From the NCBI GenBank assembly GCA_044229975.1, contig JBGARZ010000014.1, positions 32,001-96,000 on the forward strand: DNA of 64,000 nt, given 5' to 3'. This stretch comes from Polyangiales bacterium (lineage in GTDB: Bacteria > Myxococcota_A > Polyangia > Polyangiales > Ga0077539). Under the pieces are notes generated by a model, which had not been told where the DNA came from, did not search any database, and saw nothing but the letters and a program-made list of their open reading frames with translations. Position 1 is the first letter of the stretch. The number at the start of each line of letters is the position of its first letter. Position numbers and translations under genes: made by a program. This document shows, piece after piece, positions 9,963-19,055 of this stretch.

Positions 9963-11930
9963 TCACTCCTCGGCGTGCATCGCCCGGGCGACCTCGCGGC
10001 CCAGGCCGTGGTCGTCCATCATCGCGCGCGTCCACCGCTGCATCACCTCGCCGAAGTCCCCGAGGTCGATGCCCAGCGCCGCGAGCGTCTCCTTGCGCTT
10101 CGCCCGGTCGGCGCGCAGCCCGCGCACCATCAGCACGTACTCCGACACCCGCGCCACGGCCTGACCCGGAAACACCTCGCGGTCGCTCGGCGTCACATCG
10201 GGCATCGAGTCCCGCGGCGGGGCGTCGTGCAGCGCCGCCGCCGGTCGCCAGCCCGTCGACGCCGAGTGCGTCAGCAGCAGACACTGCGCGCGCTCGGCGC
10301 CCACCGTCGCGTAGTGGTGCGAGACGCGCCACGTCCCGGGGCGCACCCGCACCAGCCACGTCACCGGGCCGCCCGCCTGCGCCTCCAGGCCCGTCGAGAG
10401 CGACACCGCCGCGCGCTCGTCCTCCACGCACGCGGCCATCCACGCCTCGTCGCCGTGGGCTGCCACGAGGTCGCCCACGCAGCGCCCCGACACGCGCGCC
10501 CACGAGAGCACCAGCCACCCGCTCGCCACGTCGAGGATGCCGCCCACCGAGGCCGTGCGATGCTCCCATCGACCCGGGAGCTCCCCGACAAACGTCTGCC
10601 CGCTCGGCAGCCCCGCCACCACGGCCACGCCGTCGGGCTCGCCCATGGTGCTCGTCACGATGGCGCACTGGAGCGCCTCGTCCGCCGGGCGCCACGCCAC
10701 GCCGCGCAGCCCGTCGGTCAGCGGCATCTCCGCGGTGACGCCCACGCGGCTCGCGAGCCCGAGCGCCTCGGTCGCGCGATCGACGCTCAGCCACGCCACC
10801 TCCTGCTCACCACGCAGGAAGCACTCGCTCCACGCCGCATCAGGGACCATCAATCCCTCGTTGGTCTCGCGCGTGTCCTTCGCCGTGAGCCCGCGCACCG
10901 CCGAGAGCAGGTGCCGTCGGCAGCGGTCGTAGGCGTCCTTCGCGGCGTCTTCGCCGGTCATCGTGGTCGCCGGGACGGGCCACGGCTCGACCCCGAGGTC
11001 GGCGATGGCCTGACGTCGCAGCACCCACGTATCGCCGGGCTCCGAGCCTCGCCAACGCGGAAAGGCTCGCGCGTCCATGGCGATGACGGGAATGCCCTGG
11101 TCATGACGGATGCCCACGCGGTCGGCGGAGGGCGTGACCACGCCGGCGCGAAGGGAGCCCACGCGCGCGGGTGCCGTCACCAGCACGGGCTTGAGCGTCG
11201 CAGGAGCGGCCGTGTTGCGCTTCGGGAGGGCGGAGGCGCCCAACGCGTCGGCCAGCACTGAAGCCTCGATGCGCAGGAGCGACGGCATGGTCATCGGCAT
11301 CGCCGCCGACTCGACGATGGTGAAGGCTTCGAGGTCGAGCACGTCGAGCCCATCGGTGGAGAGCCGACCGCGCAGCGACGGCAACGCGTGGCGACCCACC
11401 GCGAAGATGGCCGACGCCGCCCGCGACGGGTCGAGCGTCCCCTGGAGGAGCATCGCGTGCGCGGTGTCGGCGAGGAGGCGCCCGGCGTCGCGGGTCCACG
11501 CCGCGTAGCGGGTCGCGAAGTCGCCGCCGTCGAGGAGCAGGGCGCGCACCACCGCCACCGGGTCGGCCACGCGCAGGCCCACGCGCGCCGTCACATGGAA
11601 GTGACCCGCCCGCCCCGAACCGAGGCCCGTCACCGCGCCGACGGGCGCGTCGAGGTCGAGAAACCACGAGCCGCCCGTGGTGACGAAGAAGATCCCGATG
11701 CGGAGCACGTTGGCCGACGCGTCGACCCACGACGCGACGGCGGGCCACTGCGTCGGGTCGAGCACATAGCGCCCCGGGCCCACCGCCCCGATGGGCGCGC
11801 CGCCCGCGACGAACACCGCCTGCTCGTGACCCTGCACCACCACCGACGCGCCCACCGGCGGCGCCTCGGGCCAGGCCAGCACCCACTCCAGCGCCGCGTC
11901 GCCCCGTCGCAGAATCTCCCGCTCGCTCAT
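9963..11930 (-). CDS. SPFH/Band-7 (YdjI-like) domain protein with a possible Imm21-like middle domain
   Basis: N-terminal GASVVVQGHEQAVFV..G...GPGRYVL..FFV..RVADP is typical of YdjI-type SPFH domains. It lies 33 nt downstream of the PAAR-like gene with an AAGGA RBS. Confidence 0.7.
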   Translation of the reverse strand: MSEREILRRGDAALEWVLAWPEAPPVGASVVVQGHEQAVFVAGGAPIGAVGPGRYVLDPTQWPAVASWVDASANVLRIGIFFVTTGGSWFLDLDAPVGAVTGLGSGRAGHFHVTARVGLRVADPVAVVRALLLDGGDFATRYAAWTRDAGRLLADTAHAMLLQGTLDPSRAASAIFAVGRHALPSLRGRLSTDGLDVLDLEAFTIVESAAMPMTMPSLLRIEASVLADALGASALPKRNTAAPATLKPVLVTAPARVGSLRAGVVTPSADRVGIRHDQGIPVIAMDARAFPRWRGSEPGDTWVLRRQAIADLGVEPWPVPATTMTGEDAAKDAYDRCRRHLLSAVRGLTAKDTRETNEGLMVPDAAWSECFLRGEQEVAWLSVDRATEALGLASRVGVTAEMPLTDGLRGVAWRPADEALQCAIVTSTMGEPDGVAVVAGLPSGQTFVGELPGRWEHRTASVGGILDVASGWLVLSWARVSGRCVGDLVAAHGDEAWMAACVEDERAAVSLSTGLEAQAGGPVTWLVRVRPGTWRVSHHYATVGAERAQCLLLTHSASTGWRPAAALHDAPPRDSMPDVTPSDREVFPGQAVARVSEYVLMVRGLRADRAKRKETLAALGIDLGDFGEVMQRWTRAMMDDHGLGREVARAMHAEE

Positions 11931-11963
11931 CGGTCTCCGTCCTTCACTTCGTGTCCCAATGCT

Positions 11964-12359
11964 TCACGGCGCCAGGAGGAGCACGCGCACCTGGCTCGGC
12001 ACCACGCGCACGCCGGGACAGTTGGTGCCGTTCTGCAACGCCATGGAGGTGAGCCTCGTCGCGGGCATGCCGCCGACGATCACCGTGAACGCCGCCGTCA
12101 GGTGCCGCGCGGGGCCCATCACCAACCCCGAGGCGACGCCCATCGCGACGCCCGCGTTGTCGCCGTTGCTCATCGGAATGACGGTCGCCATGTTGTGCGC
12201 CGGCGCCCCGCCGAACAGCACCGTCGGCACTGGCGGAACCCCCATCGGAGCCATCGCGATGTTGGGGTACGGGATGGGCACCGGCCCCGCCGGCGTCGGC
12301 GTGAGGCACACGTCGGGGAAGCCCATGTCCATCCCCATCATCTGTGTGTTGGCAAACAT
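11964..12359 (-). CDS. DUF4150 PAAR-like T6SS spike tip protein (no toxin extension)
   Basis: MFANTQ..GFPDVCLTPTPAGPVPIPYPNIA..SNGDNAGV..G..SG..R..S..QNGTNCPG..PSQVRV, 131 aa. Confidence 0.92.
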   Translation of the reverse strand: MFANTQMMGMDMGFPDVCLTPTPAGPVPIPYPNIAMAPMGVPPVPTVLFGGAPAHNMATVIPMSNGDNAGVAMGVASGLVMGPARHLTAAFTVIVGGMPATRLTSMALQNGTNCPGVRVVPSQVRVLLLAP

Positions 12360-12363
12360 CTCG

Positions 12364-12990
12364 TCAGCCCACGATGACCTGGTTGGCATCCACCTTCGCG
12401 AGCTCGTCGGCCGTCAGCGCCACGAAGTTCCCGTGCGCCTGCACCGACTCGCGACCCACCAGCCGCAGCACGCCCGCCCGCACCTGATCGAGCTCCTCCA
12501 CCACCCGCTGCGCCAGCCGCGCGCGCTGCACCAGCCGCTCGGCGATGGTCGTCGCCGTGCCCGCCCGCAGCGTCCACCGCTCCACCGCCGCGCTCACCGC
12601 GCCGCCCACGATCTCCGCCGCGTCGACCACCGCCGTCGCCACCGACGCGTGCACCGCGACCTCGCTCGCCGTCACCCGCGCCGTGCCCGAGGTCACGGCC
12701 TCCACGCCGTCGCGCGCCGCCACCGTCACGCGCCCCGTCGGCGTCGCCAGCTCCAGGTCGCCGTCGACCTCCAGCCGCGTCGCGCCCGCGTGTGACAGCA
12801 CCGCGAGCACCCATGCGCCCTCTGGCGACTCCGCGAGCAGCACCCGGTCGCCCTCGCGCGGGGCCACCAGGCAGCTTGCCGCGCGCTGCGCCGCGACCGA
12901 CCGATCGCCCACCTGCACCGAGCCGTCGGTGACGACACCCACGCGCATCACGGCTGGGATCTCTTCGAGGGTGCGTGCTGTTCCGTCCAT
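12364..12990 (-). CDS. DUF3540 T6SS accessory protein
   Basis: AQRAASCLVAPREGDRVLL..WVLAVL..R.VEELDQVRAG..TADELAKVDANQV. GGAGGAG RBS before ATG 12990. Confidence 0.88.
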   Translation of the reverse strand: MDGTARTLEEIPAVMRVGVVTDGSVQVGDRSVAAQRAASCLVAPREGDRVLLAESPEGAWVLAVLSHAGATRLEVDGDLELATPTGRVTVAARDGVEAVTSGTARVTASEVAVHASVATAVVDAAEIVGGAVSAAVERWTLRAGTATTIAERLVQRARLAQRVVEELDQVRAGVLRLVGRESVQAHGNFVALTADELAKVDANQVIVG

Positions 12991-13021
12991 GGTCTGCGCT
13001 CCTCCGTCCATCGTCGCGTGG

Positions 13022-14077
13022 TCAGCCCGTGGTTCTTGGTCGGAAGCCTTCCGCCTCGGCTCGCGGAACGTCATCCCCCAGGGCCGAAGCCCGATCGGTA
13101 AACGTCGCTCCCTCGGTCTTGGCTCCATGCAGTCGCGCGCGAAACATCGTCGCCCCGCCAAACTCCGCGCCGCGGACATCGGCGTGGTTGAACTCAGCGT
13201 ACGTCAGGTCCGCCTCCGCGAACACCGCTCCCGGCGCCCGCGCCCGGTGCAGCACCGCCTGCGCCATGCGCGCCCCGTCGAAGCGCGCCCGCGGCGCGAC
13301 GGCATCCACCAGGATCGCCTGCTCCAGCACGGCTCGCCGCGCGTCGAGCCCTTCGGCCTTCGCCTGCAACAGCAGCGCACGGCTCATCCGCGCCTCGGCC
13401 ATCACGGCGCCCGTCAGGTCGGCGCCCTGGAAGTTGGTCCCATCGAGCATCGCCCCGCGCAGATTGGCCTCACGCAGGTCGCACCCCGCCATGAACACCC
13501 CCGCGAAGTTCATCCCCCGCAGGTCGCACCCCTTGAGCACGCAGCCCCTCAACATCGCCTGGAGGAAGGTCATCCCGCGCAGCGTCGTCGTCGTGAGGTC
13601 GGCGTCCATCAAGCCCCCGCGCTCCATGCGCGCGTCGGTCAGGTTGGCTCCGTCGAGCGCGCAGCCCAGCAGCGTCCCCTGCGCGATGGTCGCCCCGCGC
13701 AGGTCGACCCCCGACAGCTTGCAGCTCACCCAGTTGGTCAGTCGCGCTTGCGCCCCGGTGAGCGCCGCGCCCGCGAGGTCGCACTCCGAAAACGTCGCGC
13801 TGAGCAGCGTGAGACCGCCCATGCGCGCGCCCCGCAGGTCGCACTGGTGAAAGGTCGCCTGCCGCAACCCCGCGCCCGCGAGGTCGACGTCTTGCAACCC
13901 GCACCCCGCGAAGGTCGCCTCGTCGAGCCTCGCGCCCGCGAGCACCGCTCTGGTCAGCGTCACCTGATGAAACACCGCGCCCCGCAGATCACACCCGCGC
14001 AGGTCGATGCCCGCGAGGTCGGCCTGCGTGACCATCTCACCGTCCTCGACGAGCGCTTCGACCCGCTCACGCGTCAC
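13022..14077 (-). CDS. Pentapeptide-repeat protein (T6SS accessory, TagB-like)
   Basis: Continuous A(D/N)LxG pentapeptide repeats. GTG start overlaps the stop of the upstream gene. Confidence 0.9.
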   Translation of the reverse strand: MTRERVEALVEDGEMVTQADLAGIDLRGCDLRGAVFHQVTLTRAVLAGARLDEATFAGCGLQDVDLAGAGLRQATFHQCDLRGARMGGLTLLSATFSECDLAGAALTGAQARLTNWVSCKLSGVDLRGATIAQGTLLGCALDGANLTDARMERGGLMDADLTTTTLRGMTFLQAMLRGCVLKGCDLRGMNFAGVFMAGCDLREANLRGAMLDGTNFQGADLTGAVMAEARMSRALLLQAKAEGLDARRAVLEQAILVDAVAPRARFDGARMAQAVLHRARAPGAVFAEADLTYAEFNHADVRGAEFGGATMFRARLHGAKTEGATFTDRASALGDDVPRAEAEGFRPRTTG

Positions 14078-16662
14078 GTCGCGGGCCTCCCGACGCGCGC
14101 CCTCGTCACGTTGGCTCCGTCCATGCGCGTGCGGTCATCGCCCTTCGCCCCCATCATGTCGGCGCCAAACAGGTTGGCGCCCGCCAGCACCGTCCCTCGT
14201 AGCACCGCCTTGGAGAGCATCGCGTCCAGCAGGTCGGCCCTGCGCAGCACCGCGTCGGTGAGGTCGGCTCGCGTGAAGTTCGCCTCTCTCGCGCTCACAC
14301 CCGCGAGCGTTGACCCCGTGAGGTTGCACGCCATCAGGTTGGACTGATCGAGCTTCGCGCCGGTGAAGTCCGACCGCTCGAAGTCCACGCCCCGCAGCAA
14401 CGATCGTCGCAGCGACGCCCCCGACAGGTCGATGCCGCGCGCGTCGCAGCCCTCCACCATCCGCGTGTCATCGAGCGATGCTCCCGCCGCGCTCACCCCC
14501 GCCAGCACGCACCGCAACAGAACCATCTCGCGCCACTCCACCCGCCGCAGGTCGGCGCCCGTGAGGTCGACGTCCAGCAGCGTGCACTTGCGCCAGCGCG
14601 AGCCCGCGAGGTTCACCTCCCGCAGTCGCAGGTTCATCAGCACGAGACCCTGCGCCGTGGTGTCGCCGAGGTCGCAGCGGTCGAGCCGCGCGCCCATCAG
14701 ATCGACCCGGTCGAGGCACGCGCCGCGCATCACTGCTCCCGTCAGATCGGCGTCACCGAAGACGGCATCCGACAACACCGACGACCCGTCGAAGCTCGCC
14801 CCGCGCAGGTCGGCCCCACCCAGGTTGGCGCCCTCCAAGCGCGTGCCCCGCAGGTCGGCTCCGCGCAGGTCGGCCCGCGCCAGCACTGCCACCGAGAGGT
14901 CACACCGCGCCAGTCGTGCGCCACGCAGGTCGGCTCCCTCCAGCAACGCGCCTCGCAGCGAGATGCCCGTCAGGTCGAGCTCGTGGAGGTCGGCGCCGGT
15001 GAGGTCCATCGCGTCGAGCGGGTGGCCCGCCGAGAGCCGCGACGACACCAGCTCTCGCAGCGCGGCGCCGTCTCGTCCCGCCGCCGCGGGCATCCGGTGC
15101 GCGTGCTGTCGGTAGTTCTCCCGCAGCGACCACTCGGCGTCTCGCAGCCGCGCGGCGTACGCCGGGTCGGTGAGCCGCTCGTCGAAGTCTTCGGTCGTGT
15201 GCCCTTGCGCCGCGAGCGAGTCGCGCTGCGCCTGCAAGCGCGCCAGCTCCCCGTCGGCCGAAAACGTCGGCGGACCGCCCGGCACCGTCGTCGCCGTCGC
15301 CGGGTCGACACCCATCCGCGTGAGCATCTCCGCTCGCTCAGCCTCGGCCTCCGCCCGTCGCCCGGCCTGCGCCGCCACCATCTGGTCGAGCGCCGCGCTC
15401 AGGGCCGCCGGGTCATCGCTCGCCACGTCGGGTGCCGTCGGCAGCGCCACCTCGAAGCTCCTCGGATCGAGCCCCTGCGCCTCCAGCCTCGCCTTCGCCT
15501 CGGCGCGCCCCTTGGCCGCCTTCGCGTCGCCTCGTTTGCGCTGCCACCCTTCGCTCGTCAGCGCCTCGGCCATGCCGTCGTCGGCCGATCGCACCGCCGG
15601 CGCGTCCGCCCGCGACGCCGGAATCAGGTCGTCGTCCTTCAACGACGCCAAGGCCCCGCGTTCGCGATCGAGCCGCAGCGCCAGCACCGATCGGTAGTGA
15701 TCGACGGGCTTCGGCGCCCCGAGGTCCTCGGCCGCGAGCAAGAGCGTGGTGACGTCCTCGGCGTCGTCCTCGGCCACCGTGGTCACCGCGCGGAAGATCA
15801 TCACCAGCCGGTCGAGGGCAGGAAAGAAGTGCACCGTGTCGAGCCGCGTCGGGAGCTCCTCCAGCACGCCCTCTGCGCTCGTCGCCCTCCGCACGAACAC
15901 CCGCGCGCAGTACCCCGGCAACGCCCCCTCGATGCGCGAGCGCGTCGCGTGCAGGTGCTCCAGCACATACGCCTCATCCCCGCGCCAGTACCCGTCGGTC
16001 CACTGGTCGGTGGGCGCGACGTTGAAGTACGTCCAGTCGGTGTCCACCGCGAGGCCCGGAAACGCCGTCTCCAGCCAGCGCTGGTCGTAGGTTCCGCGAC
16101 GCGCGGCGCGCTGCGGCCAGGTCTCGTCGAGGGCGCCGAAGCCCGCCGGGTCGGGTCGGTCGCCCACCGCGTCGATGAGGTTTCGCGGGTCTTCGATGTT
16201 GGGTAGTTCGTACGCCGTACCATCGGGGGCGAAGCCCCGGCCCAGGGGGTTCTTCGCGTAGCCTTCGCCGCCGAACGCGCGCGCCCAGCCGAGCGGCATC
16301 TCCGTGAAGGGCGCCGGGCTGCTCATGGCGCCGTGCTCCCAGCGCCGGTCGCCAATCACCCGCAGCCGTTTGTCCACCGCGCCGAGCTTCATCCGCACCG
16401 TCGTCGCGGTCGCCGCGCCGCCCGGAGGAAAGGTGCTCCCGGTGAGCAGGGCCTCGGCCCGGGACTTGGGCATCCACATGTCGAGCGCGGCGCCGTCGCC
16501 GAGCGCGGGCATCACCTCGGGCCAGAGGTCCTGCTCCTTCAGCAGCGCGCCGCGCGGGTGCAGCGGGACGTAGAGCAGCGCCGACACCGCGAAGTGGTAG
16601 CGGCCCCCGTGCTCGAAGGTCCGACAGCCGACCCCCACCCTCTGCGGCTTGACGGTACGCAC
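14074..16662 (-). CDS. DUF2169 T6SS adaptor fused to pentapeptide repeats (TagAB-like)
   Basis: DUF2169 motifs PKSRAEALL, KRLRVIGDRRW, MPLGWARAFGG, NPLGRG, LPNIEDP, RGTYDQRW, YFNVAPTDQ, LDTVHFFP, then a long C-terminal pentapeptide array. Confidence 0.93.
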   Translation of the reverse strand: MRTVKPQRVGVGCRTFEHGGRYHFAVSALLYVPLHPRGALLKEQDLWPEVMPALGDGAALDMWMPKSRAEALLTGSTFPPGGAATATTVRMKLGAVDKRLRVIGDRRWEHGAMSSPAPFTEMPLGWARAFGGEGYAKNPLGRGFAPDGTAYELPNIEDPRNLIDAVGDRPDPAGFGALDETWPQRAARRGTYDQRWLETAFPGLAVDTDWTYFNVAPTDQWTDGYWRGDEAYVLEHLHATRSRIEGALPGYCARVFVRRATSAEGVLEELPTRLDTVHFFPALDRLVMIFRAVTTVAEDDAEDVTTLLLAAEDLGAPKPVDHYRSVLALRLDRERGALASLKDDDLIPASRADAPAVRSADDGMAEALTSEGWQRKRGDAKAAKGRAEAKARLEAQGLDPRSFEVALPTAPDVASDDPAALSAALDQMVAAQAGRRAEAEAERAEMLTRMGVDPATATTVPGGPPTFSADGELARLQAQRDSLAAQGHTTEDFDERLTDPAYAARLRDAEWSLRENYRQHAHRMPAAAGRDGAALRELVSSRLSAGHPLDAMDLTGADLHELDLTGISLRGALLEGADLRGARLARCDLSVAVLARADLRGADLRGTRLEGANLGGADLRGASFDGSSVLSDAVFGDADLTGAVMRGACLDRVDLMGARLDRCDLGDTTAQGLVLMNLRLREVNLAGSRWRKCTLLDVDLTGADLRRVEWREMVLLRCVLAGVSAAGASLDDTRMVEGCDARGIDLSGASLRRSLLRGVDFERSDFTGAKLDQSNLMACNLTGSTLAGVSAREANFTRADLTDAVLRRADLLDAMLSKAVLRGTVLAGANLFGADMMGAKGDDRTRMDGANVTRARVGRPAT

Positions 16663-16675
16663 CCCGAACGATCCC

Positions 16676-19009
16676 TCAGAAGATCCCGGTGAAGCCCTGG
16701 TAGATGCGCGCCCCGGCGGCCTCGATCTTCGACCCGATCTGCCCGAGCTTCGCGCCGAGCTGCTCGATCTTCGCGCCGACCGCGTCCTTCTCCATGCCGA
16801 CGGTGGAGATCTCCACGCCCGTCGTCGACATGTGGACGCCGCAGTGCTCGATCTTCAGCCCGTCGATGGCGTTGTTGACGCCCGAGTGGTCGTTCTTCAG
16901 GCCCGTGACCTCGAACTTCGTCGGCGAAAACCAGCTCTCGCTCGCGCCCTGCTTGGTGGTCGTCGGGACGTTGAGCGTGAAGCTCGCGGCGTTGATGGTG
17001 AGCGCCGGCGTGGTGATGGTCATGGCCGCCGCCACGGTGATGCTCTGCGTCGCCGCGATGGTGGTCGTCTGGTTGGCCGCCACCAGCAGCGACTGGTTGG
17101 CCGCGACGATGGTGTCGTCGTTGCCGACGATCATGCTCGACTGGTTGCCCACCACGGCGTGGCTGCGATTGCCGATCACCATGTTGGTCTGGTTGCCCCC
17201 GACGGTGTTGTCCTGGTTGCCCCCGACGGTGATGGTCTCGTTGCCGCCGATGGTGTCGCTGGCGTTGCCGCCCACCGTGCGGGTGTCGTCGCCGGTGATG
17301 TCCGTGGTGCGGTTGGACAGGTAGCGCTCGTTGACGTCGCCGACCACCTCCTCGTCGAGGATGGCGCCGACGCGAACGTCCTCCTGCCCGCCCGTGTGCA
17401 CGAGCCCGTTGCCGTCGGTCGAGATGATCCAGTTGTGCGAGTGCGCGTCGTGGTGCTTGCCGAGGTGGATGAACGACTTCTCCGGCGGGGAGAAGATGTC
17501 GATCCACTGCTTCTCGGCCTCGTCCTCGATGCGAATCTCGTTGTCGCCGCCCGTGTGGATGACGTTCTGCGTGTGGTTGGCCGAGGTCACCGGCGAGGGG
17601 TTGTGCGCGTTGGGCGCGACGCCCGCGATGATGGGCCGGTCGGGGTCGCCGCCGAGAAACACCAGCATCACTTCGGTGCCCTTGCGCAGCGGGAAGTGCC
17701 ACCCCTCGGGGTTGCCGCCGTGCGGCTGGAGCATCCGTATCCACATCGACGCCTCGCCCGCCGGGTGGTCGCGCTCCTCGAAGCGCACCTTCACCTTGTA
17801 GCGGCCCTCCTTGTCGAGCTGCGCGTAGTCGTCGTCGAGCGGACCATCCACCGTCGCGCTCTCCACGCCGTACACCCGCGGCACCGCCGTGCGCCGCGCC
17901 GGGCGGTACTGCGGCGCCGAGCTCACCGCCGCGACGTGGACCTTGTACGTTCGGTCGGTGCCCACCCGCAGCGCTCGCGCGAGCTCGGGCAGCGTGGCGA
18001 TGTTGTTGCCGAAGTGCTCCTGCTCGACGCAGAGGTACTCGGCGTTCATGGCGTTGCGCGGGTGCTCGTCGAGGGTGAAGCGATAGCCGGGGACGAGGTC
18101 GAAGAGGCGTCCGCGGCCGTGGAAGCCCGCCTCGCGGGTGGAGTGTTCGAGCGCGCGCACGGCGGCGAGGCGCTTGCCGTCGTCGGGGTCGGCGTAGTTG
18201 TCGCCGAGGCTGCGGGTCTCACCGACGCCGTGGGTGGTGATGTCCTGCGGCTGCTTGAGCGCGAGCGAAGGGTTGAGCTGATCGTACTCGTCGAGGATCA
18301 CCTTCTGCGCGAGCGCCTGGTAGCGCGCCCGCCAGGTCTCCATGGCGTCGACCTGCCCGGTGTCCGAGTCGCTCGTGGGGAAGTACCGCACCGGGGTCGC
18401 CGGGCTCGCGGTGTGCGAACTCTTCGTATCGGTGATGCGCAGCACCTCCTCGGATTTGTCGGGGTCGTGCTCGAAGTAGAAGTAGATGCCCTCGCGCTCC
18501 ATCCAGCGGGCGACGAAGTCGAAGTCGGTCTCGCGCCACTGACAGATGTGGTCGCGGGCTTCGTATTTCCCGCGGTTCTCGTAGCTGGCCTTCAGCTTCG
18601 CGCCGGTGATGCCCGCGTCGCGCAGGATGAACTCGATGACGTCGGGCACCGTGCTCGGGTCGTGGCCGCGCGTGAAGACGCGGGTGTGCCGCTTGAGGGT
18701 GAGCTTCCACAGCGCCGGGACGAGCGTGACCCGATAGACCGCCTGGTCGTTGTGCTCGTGGACGAGCTCGATGGACGACACGATGCCGTGGCGCACGGTG
18801 CGGGGCGTCCCGTCGGCACCGTTGATGGTCAACGTCGCGGCCCCGAAGAGCGCGTCGAGCGGCTCGAAGTCGGGGGCGATGCTCGCCTGGATGAGCACCA
18901 GGACGTCGAAGGCGTAGAGGCGCGAGAGCCCCTCGCTCCCCGTGAAGGTCAGCACCTTCGCGTCCGCCGGAATCGCCGCTGCCGTCAGAACGAACAGGTC
19001 AGGGTCCAT
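16676..19009 (-). CDS. vgrG: Type VI secretion spike protein VgrG (TssI)
   Basis: FTGSEGLSRLYAF, QWRETDFDFVARWMEREGIYFYF, GRYKVKVRF, WIRMLQP, FPLRKGTEVMLVFLGGDPDRPII, NEIRIED, and gp5-C-type 8-residue VGGNxxxT repeats. Confidence 0.96.
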   Translation of the reverse strand: MDPDLFVLTAAAIPADAKVLTFTGSEGLSRLYAFDVLVLIQASIAPDFEPLDALFGAATLTINGADGTPRTVRHGIVSSIELVHEHNDQAVYRVTLVPALWKLTLKRHTRVFTRGHDPSTVPDVIEFILRDAGITGAKLKASYENRGKYEARDHICQWRETDFDFVARWMEREGIYFYFEHDPDKSEEVLRITDTKSSHTASPATPVRYFPTSDSDTGQVDAMETWRARYQALAQKVILDEYDQLNPSLALKQPQDITTHGVGETRSLGDNYADPDDGKRLAAVRALEHSTREAGFHGRGRLFDLVPGYRFTLDEHPRNAMNAEYLCVEQEHFGNNIATLPELARALRVGTDRTYKVHVAAVSSAPQYRPARRTAVPRVYGVESATVDGPLDDDYAQLDKEGRYKVKVRFEERDHPAGEASMWIRMLQPHGGNPEGWHFPLRKGTEVMLVFLGGDPDRPIIAGVAPNAHNPSPVTSANHTQNVIHTGGDNEIRIEDEAEKQWIDIFSPPEKSFIHLGKHHDAHSHNWIISTDGNGLVHTGGQEDVRVGAILDEEVVGDVNERYLSNRTTDITGDDTRTVGGNASDTIGGNETITVGGNQDNTVGGNQTNMVIGNRSHAVVGNQSSMIVGNDDTIVAANQSLLVAANQTTTIAATQSITVAAAMTITTPALTINAASFTLNVPTTTKQGASESWFSPTKFEVTGLKNDHSGVNNAIDGLKIEHCGVHMSTTGVEISTVGMEKDAVGAKIEQLGAKLGQIGSKIEAAGARIYQGFTGIF

Positions 19010-19055
19010 AGGTGACCGCGGATGCTACGCCCATTCGGGAGGAGGGGAGGAGGGA

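Noticed and set aside
13022..15010. Pentapeptide-repeat proteins as Qnr/MfpA-type gyrase protectors linked to gyrA
   Set aside because: They are fused to or coupled with DUF2169 inside the vgrG cassette, ~47 kb from gyrA. The T6SS accessory role explains them.
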